Positions 55,388 through 60,918 of a stretch of DNA of 60,918 nt are shown one piece after another. Source of the DNA: an uncultured virus (IMG/VR IMGVR_UViG_3300008113_010842) (taxonomy: Duplodnaviria > Heunggongvirae > Uroviricota > Caudoviricetes). The notes beneath the pieces were generated by a model, which was given only the letters and a program-made list of their open reading frames with translations, was not told where the DNA came from and made no database searches. The DNA lies in the IMG/VR virus record IMGVR_UViG_3300008113_010842, one strand, 5' to 3'. Both the position numbers and the translations under genes were made by a program. Every line of letters begins with the position of its first letter. Positions within the stretch are counted from its first letter, which is position 1.

Positions 55388-55401
55388 CAAAAATAAACGA
55401 T

Positions 55402-55926
55402 ATGATAGACGGAACATTATACATTGACAATTTTATAGATAACGATAGTTTTCTATTTGATACACTAAGAGATAATTCTGATTGGGATAGAAGAATGGCT
55501 TCTAGATTAACAACATCATTTGGTGTTTCTTATAACTATTCTGATATATCTTATCCAGATGTTATCATACCAAATTATTTAGATGATTTGATAGTTAGAA
55601 TAAATGATGTTGTTGGTTTCACACCAAATAACTGCTTAGTGAATTACTATTTAGATGGTAGATCTAAGATGGGTTATCACTCAGATAGAACTGATATACT
55701 TTTACCAGGAACTGGAGTTGTTATTATATCTTTAGGTTCAACTAGAACATTGAGATTTAGAAATATAAATGATAGAAGTATAGTTGATTTTAGTTTAAGA
55801 AGTGGTTCACTTTTTTATATGACATCTGATGTTCAGGATTTATGGGTTCATTCTATTCCTGTTTCTGATGTTGATGGTAGTAGAATGAGTTTAACTTTCA
55901 GAAATCTCAATCCATCTACCATCTGA
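55402..55926 (+). CDS. AlkB-family 2OG-Fe(II) dioxygenase (start re-assigned to MIDGTL)
   Basis: NNCLVNYY.DG...MGYHSD, ISLGSTR.L.FR, L.SGSLFYM, WVHSIP, RMSLTFR. Confidence 0.92.
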   Translation: MIDGTLYIDNFIDNDSFLFDTLRDNSDWDRRMASRLTTSFGVSYNYSDISYPDVIIPNYLDDLIVRINDVVGFTPNNCLVNYYLDGRSKMGYHSDRTDILLPGTGVVIISLGSTRTLRFRNINDRSIVDFSLRSGSLFYMTSDVQDLWVHSIPVSDVDGSRMSLTFRNLNPSTI

Positions 55927-56283
55927 TAGGAATTGAAATTTACCAACGTAGATGTATCTATTTCTCCATTCTTCTGGTGATATCATTGAAAGAAATTCTT
56001 CATTTTCTTTTTGATAAAGATAGTAAGAGTGACCAGGAATTGGTTCAAAGTTATGTTTAGCTAAATACAATCTTTCATTTATAGAAATTTCTTGCATCAA
56101 TTTTTGATACTCTTTTTGAATTTCTTCAAATTTAGATGTGTAGTGATGTTTGAGTTTATTAGTTTTCTCTATTTTAAATAGAGTTATGTCATCAGGTGAG
56201 AATTTCTGTGAACCTAATTCAGTCGGATAAGATTTTAATCTCCTATCAGTAACGTAAGAATCGGGTAATTTATTTTCTTTCAT
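55891..56283 (-). CDS. DUF2452-like protein
   Basis: YPTELGSQKF.P...A..NFEP..G..YYLY...FLSMISPEEW...G.F....DGRW. Confidence 0.6.
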   Translation of the reverse strand: MKENKLPDSYVTDRRLKSYPTELGSQKFSPDDITLFKIEKTNKLKHHYTSKFEEIQKEYQKLMQEISINERLYLAKHNFEPIPGHSYYLYQKENEEFLSMISPEEWRNRYIYVGKFQFLSDGRWIEISES

Positions 56284-56359
56284 TGGATTTATATAAAAAT
56301 TTTCAAATATGTTTTTTTTTGTTATAATTATTAGTATATTTGTAATTAATATATAATTT

Positions 56360-56818
56360 ATGAAGACATGTGTTTATAGAGTAGAATTTTCAAAGTCATC
56401 AGTTGATTTGATTGATGAATATGAAAGACTTTCCGAACATGAAAAAGAATGGATTTCTCAACTAGATGCTGAGTCATTTTTTGACTACGATACTCAAAAT
56501 GACAATTATATATGTTTTGTTATAACAACACCTATAGAAATAAAAAAATATTTAGAAATTCTAACAAATAATTTAATAGAGAATAAATGTGAAGATTTAT
56601 CTAAACAAATCCTAAGCTCTAAAATAAACTTATACGAAGATTTGAAATCTATAATAACTCCTTTGAATTCCATAAAATGGAGCTTCTTTATAGAAGACTT
56701 AGATGAGTGGATTTTATCAAATCTTGATATAGATATCGTATTAGATAGAATTTCAGAAGTAGGAATGGCATCATTAAACAAAACAGAAAAACAATTTTTA
56801 AAAAACTATCATTTATGA
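56360..56818 (+). CDS. Hypothetical protein
   Basis: C-terminal LDIDIVLDRISEVGMASL...EK.FL. Confidence 0.75.
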   Translation: MKTCVYRVEFSKSSVDLIDEYERLSEHEKEWISQLDAESFFDYDTQNDNYICFVITTPIEIKKYLEILTNNLIENKCEDLSKQILSSKINLYEDLKSIITPLNSIKWSFFIEDLDEWILSNLDIDIVLDRISEVGMASLNKTEKQFLKNYHL

Positions 56819-56994
56819 AAAATTTAAAAAAAAGAATTATTAGATATTTTACTCAAATCTATGCTGACACGTTAGTAAGAAGAATGCAAACAGAATTAGA
56901 CTTAGAGAATGACACTCAATTTTGGATTCTCTATGAACAAGCAGCTAAACTTAATGCTTATTGTATAGTATTTCATGACATTTATTTAGATTAA
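56815..56994 (+). CDS. Small hypothetical protein (59 aa, absent from ORF track)
   Basis: ATGA-coupled to the upstream gene; ends 1 nt before the next ATG. Confidence 0.65.
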   Translation: MKNLKKRIIRYFTQIYADTLVRRMQTELDLENDTQFWILYEQAAKLNAYCIVFHDIYLD

Positions 56995-56995
56995 T

Positions 56996-57415
56996 ATGAC
57001 AAAACTTTTTTTAGATGATATCAGAATTCCAAAAGATGCAATTGGATTGATACCATCAACATTAAATCAATTTTATTGGGATGATAATTGGATTATAGTA
57101 AGAAACTACTATGAGTTCTGTAACTATATACAAAAATTTGGACTACCTGATTTTATATCTTTCGATCATGATTTAGCGGATGACCACTATAACGATTTAT
57201 TTTCAGATGAAAACTGGTCAAAAGACAATGCTGATATTGTTTTAAAATATGATGAATATAAAGAAAAAACAGGATATGAGTGTGCAAAATGGTTGGTAGA
57301 TTGGTGTTTAGAGACAAAATCTAAGTTACCTGATTATATTGTTCATTCTGCTAATCCAGTTGGTAAAAGAAATATCGAGTCTTATTTTAATAATGCAAAA
57401 AAACATTTATTGTAA
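56996..57415 (+). CDS. Cyclic-phosphate-processing receiver-like domain protein
   Basis: LFLDDIRIP, ISFDHDL, TGYECAKWL, VHSANPVG..NI. Confidence 0.75.
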   Translation: MTKLFLDDIRIPKDAIGLIPSTLNQFYWDDNWIIVRNYYEFCNYIQKFGLPDFISFDHDLADDHYNDLFSDENWSKDNADIVLKYDEYKEKTGYECAKWLVDWCLETKSKLPDYIVHSANPVGKRNIESYFNNAKKHLL

Positions 57416-57717
57416 TGGATTTTATAAAAACACATCTTATAACAAAAATTAAAGACCAAGTTAAAGAAAAACAAAATATTCTTAAATTTGAAGGTTTTCT
57501 TTTTTTAGATAATTATATTACTGATGGTGATAAAAAGATAAATCGTGTTAATAAATGGAATGTTTATCCTAAAGAAGAATTAATACCACTTAATTGGTAT
57601 CAAATAAAAGGTGGTTCTCTTTTAGAAGTTTATTCTCAGTTAAAAGATAACAACTTTTACATCTATAAAATATTAGATGGTAAATCTCACAAAATGAGAA
57701 TTAAGAAAAAGAAATGA
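57415..57717 (+). CDS. Hypothetical protein
   Basis: 100-aa ORF in operon. Confidence 0.7.
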   Translation: MDFIKTHLITKIKDQVKEKQNILKFEGFLFLDNYITDGDKKINRVNKWNVYPKEELIPLNWYQIKGGSLLEVYSQLKDNNFYIYKILDGKSHKMRIKKKK

Positions 57718-58427
57718 TAGAAGCACTTCGTAACGATTTTAAATATTCAGTATCGTATGATTATGATACTGAATATTCATGCGAAGAATCTGGTTGTGTT
57801 GAAGAGGGAATTTGTAGATGTGGTTATATCACAAATACCTATTTATACAATGTTGATATCAGTGATATAACTTCTAATATTTATTCGGATATTTTTGATA
57901 ATTCAATTTCTACAAAAAGACACAATGCCATTAATTCTCTTTGGGGAATAACTACTGAAATTGATAAATACACAATTGATAGAATATTAAGAATAAATAA
58001 AGTTTGGAAACCAGAATTCTGGGAAATAAATGTCGGTGGTGGTTATTATGGTCAAGAAATTGATGAAGTTGTGATTATTGAAGATATGATTCAAAAATTA
58101 AATATTCAATTAGAAAGTGCTTTTGAAATTGATAATCTAACACAAAGAATAGAGTATCTTTTAGAGTTAGAAAATGGATTCATTTTAGATGAATTAAAAG
58201 ATAAAAGATATAGTGTTTCTGTAATTGATATAGATGATATCACTTTCTCAAATCCGGAACATAGGAAAAGAGTTTTAATTGAAGAGTTAGAGCATTATTC
58301 AGACAAAAACTACAAAGGTATTAGAGGTATTGTCAAAAAGGATGGTAACAAATTCAAACTAATTGATGGTTACCATAGACTTTCTAAAACAGAAAATAAA
58401 TTAGTCAAAGTCTTAGTTGTTGAATAA
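57714..58427 (+). CDS. Hypothetical protein with C-terminal ParB/Srx-like motif
   Basis: KLIDGYHRL; N-terminal C...C....CRC. Confidence 0.65.
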   Translation: MIEALRNDFKYSVSYDYDTEYSCEESGCVEEGICRCGYITNTYLYNVDISDITSNIYSDIFDNSISTKRHNAINSLWGITTEIDKYTIDRILRINKVWKPEFWEINVGGGYYGQEIDEVVIIEDMIQKLNIQLESAFEIDNLTQRIEYLLELENGFILDELKDKRYSVSVIDIDDITFSNPEHRKRVLIEELEHYSDKNYKGIRGIVKKDGNKFKLIDGYHRLSKTENKLVKVLVVE

Positions 58428-58456
58428 ACTTTTTACCTTATAATCATAACATAATT

Positions 58457-59179
58457 ATGGAATTAAATAAAATCTACCACGGTGATTGTGTTGAAGGACT
58501 TAAATCAATGCCAGATGCAATTGTTGATTTAGTCGTAACATCACCTCCCTATAATCTAAATATAGATTATGCTCATCATAAAGATGATATGAAATTAGAA
58601 GCTTATTACTCCTGGTGTAAAGAGTGGATTTCAGAATGTTATAGGGTTTTGAAACCAGGTGGTAGATTTTGTCTTCAAATAGGTTGCTTTCAGTCTCAGT
58701 TAAATGAGCCTTCTTATGCAACCTTCACAAATATATTTCAAGAGGTAGGATTTACTTTTAGAGAGTTTATTATTTGGAATAAAAATCAGATTCCTAAAAG
58801 AACAGCTTGGGGTAGTTGGAAAAGTCCATCTAATCCAAGAATCCTACCTCCATTTGAAATGATTATAAATTTTCATAAAGAGTCTCCTAAGATTTTAGAA
58901 AAAGGTGAAACTGATTTAACTAAAGAAGAGTTTGTTCAATGGACAAATGGTCTTTGGGTTATTGCTCCTGAAAGTGCTAAAAAAAGAAATCACCCAGCTC
59001 CTTTTCCTGAAGAATTAGCTATTCGTTGTATTAAAATGCACTCTTATATCGGAGGAGTTGTTTTAGATCCTTTTAACGGTAGTGGAACAACTACATCAGT
59101 TGCAAACAAATTAGGTAGAAAATATATTGGGTTTGATATTACTGCAGATTATTGTCAGTTGGCTGAAGATAGAATTTAA
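58457..59179 (+). CDS. Beta-class DNA amino-methyltransferase (probably N4-cytosine), no adjacent restriction enzyme
   Basis: VTSPPYN, RVLKPGG, HPAPFP, VLDPFNGSGTT. Confidence 0.92.
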   Translation: MELNKIYHGDCVEGLKSMPDAIVDLVVTSPPYNLNIDYAHHKDDMKLEAYYSWCKEWISECYRVLKPGGRFCLQIGCFQSQLNEPSYATFTNIFQEVGFTFREFIIWNKNQIPKRTAWGSWKSPSNPRILPPFEMIINFHKESPKILEKGETDLTKEEFVQWTNGLWVIAPESAKKRNHPAPFPEELAIRCIKMHSYIGGVVLDPFNGSGTTTSVANKLGRKYIGFDITADYCQLAEDRI

Positions 59180-60918
59180 TTATTTTCCAATAAATTCATT
59201 TGTATCTATTTCTTCTAATCTAGTTTGAAATCTTTCTAATCTCTTTCTAAGTTGTTGTCTGTAGTTATCTTTATCTTTATCACTGAATTTGATTTGTAAT
59301 TGTCCTTTTTCTTCAATTATATCTTCAATTCTCCTAATTTCTGAGTTAAGTTTAGATTTAATCATATCTCTTATAGGTAATATACTATCTTCATAGGCAA
59401 ATTTATCAGTAAATCTTTCTTTATCATTATCCACTTTAACTCCTAAAAGAAGGGCATCTACTTCTGATAAATAATCAATATCTTCCAATTCTTCTGGTTT
59501 TTCACCTTCAATCTTATAAGTATTTAATTGGAATTGAATTGGAATAGGTTCATCTTTATAATCTAAATCAAATAGTTCTCTTAGAGCCCAGTCATAATCA
59601 ACCCAGTTAGACCACTCTTGTGAAAGAACTTTATACCAAGTTTGACCTCTATATTCACTCGCTCTAATTATATCATCATCATCTTTATGATACCAGTTAG
59701 AATCGGCTCCTAATGCTTCACCATCAGTATCTATACGCTTAATAACTTCAACAGCATTTGCATCATAAAGATAATATCCATATGCTTCTGAATATACCGC
59801 ATCATCNNNNNNNNNNNNNNGACCAAACACCAGATGCTATCTGGTCATATCCACCCTGTGTATCATTTAATATATATTGACCTTCATAGCTTTCATCTTC
59901 ATCATCATCGTTGTAAAGAATTCCTTCATCTGAATCATATCTTCTAAAAGTATCCATATAAGGGTATCTTCTATAATTTTTAGCTTCTACTTTTACTGAT
60001 AAATTTGCATTTTTTTCTTCACCTTCTATTGTTACATTACTAAACGAATGATGATTATTAGAAGATTTGTAAATCCAACCTTTTTCTTTAGCATAGTTTC
60101 TAAATTTTTCAACATCAGAATCTTTGATTGTATATTGTCTATCCATAAACCAGCTATCTTGTTTTGGATCTTTTCCGTAAATTTTAATTGAATTTAGTTT
60201 CCATACAAGAGCTCTTCCTATGAGTTCATCATCTTCTACAAGAATAAGCATTTTACAAACATCTGGATTCTCTGTATAAATTGTGAATAATCCTGATTTT
60301 TTTGCCATACAAGAGTTTCCTAATGTTCCAGACATTTCTTTATAATTGTCTGCATTATACCAATGGTTAATATCCTCTCCAGAAACTTCTTCAAATCTTT
60401 CACCTTGTTTTGATAAGGCAGCTTTAAATTTATTTGTAAATTCTTCAATATCTTTTGATGTGTATTTTCCAGGTAAAAGTGCATTTACTAATCTACCTAA
60501 TTTGACATCGTTTCTTGATTTCGTTCCTAATTCATATTGATTAAACATATGATTGACATCTGATTGAGAGGTTTCACCTTTTTCAATCTTATCAATCATT
60601 ATGTCTAAAATTTGTTTAGTTCTTTCATCACCTAAATTATGGTCTTTAGCCCAATCTTTGAAAGATTTTTCAACATTATTTTTTAAGTTTCTTAAAGTAG
60701 AACCTGAAATATACCCTTCTCTATCGGAAAGAGATATAAAAGTCATATCATTTTTAACATCTTTATATTCTAAATCAATAAGGTCTTTTGCTATCTGAGA
60801 TTGTGTTGATAATTTATAAAGAGCATCTTTAAAATCTTTTACATAATAAACATAAGTTTCATTGATTAAACTTTCAAAAAGTAAATCTTCATTAATAAAG
60901 GAATTATATCTTAAAATC
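59180..60918 (-). CDS. Large hypothetical protein spanning an N-gap; starts at or just beyond the window edge
   Basis: Frame open from the window end (ILRYNSFINEDLLFES...); NSCM and GRALVW...FMDRQY...YPYMDTF motifs; probably continues across Ns at 59807-59820. Confidence 0.65.

Noticed and set aside
30014..55396. Track ORFs overlapping tRNA arrays (30014-30232, 30557-30787, 42321-42720, 47512-47943, 55111-55396)
   Set aside because: Shadow frames produced by GC-rich tRNA sequence; the cloverleafs explain the DNA
1411..58721. Short ORFs nested in or antisense to long genes (e.g. 1631-1936, 16020-16941, 32792-33115, 46093-46380, 50703-51077)
   Set aside because: Fully overlap well-supported genes and show no motifs
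59180..60746. Two separate genes or a programmed frameshift
   Set aside because: The break coincides with an assembly gap of Ns (59807-59820) of uncertain length
1..60918. CRISPR array, rRNA, integrase or IS element
   Set aside because: No regularly spaced repeats, rRNA-like sequence, or recombinase/transposase motifs seen

Overview
AT-rich, densely coding segment of a huge (jumbo/mega) phage genome, standard genetic code. The host is very likely Bacteroidota: TTTG-N19-20-TAnnTTTG promoters recur. It holds virion-like genes (large structural ORFs, two fibre proteins), replication/repair genes (NAD-dependent ligase, DEDD exonuclease, EEP nuclease, DNA MTase, HNH), an ECF sigma factor, ClpP, two thioredoxins, two M28 peptidases, glycan-modifying enzymes and a translation toolkit (bS1-like, bL12-like, SmpB, YqeY, nucleotidyltransferase). 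About 34 tRNA or tRNA-like genes cover all 20 amino acids. Main discovery: each of the five tRNA arrays sits behind a 22-37 codon leader ORF and an intrinsic terminator. Each leader carries a patch of codons read by the tRNAs of its own array, followed by a segment complementary to the 5' arm of the terminator. This is the layout of ribosome-mediated transcription attenuation, here apparently used to induce phage tRNAs when those tRNAs run short. Also notable: an AlkB-family gene after array 5 with no AAA/GAA/GAG/CAA codons, a roughly 430-nt structured ncRNA candidate, and several aberrant tRNA-like RNAs. All calls were made by eye, with no database searches.
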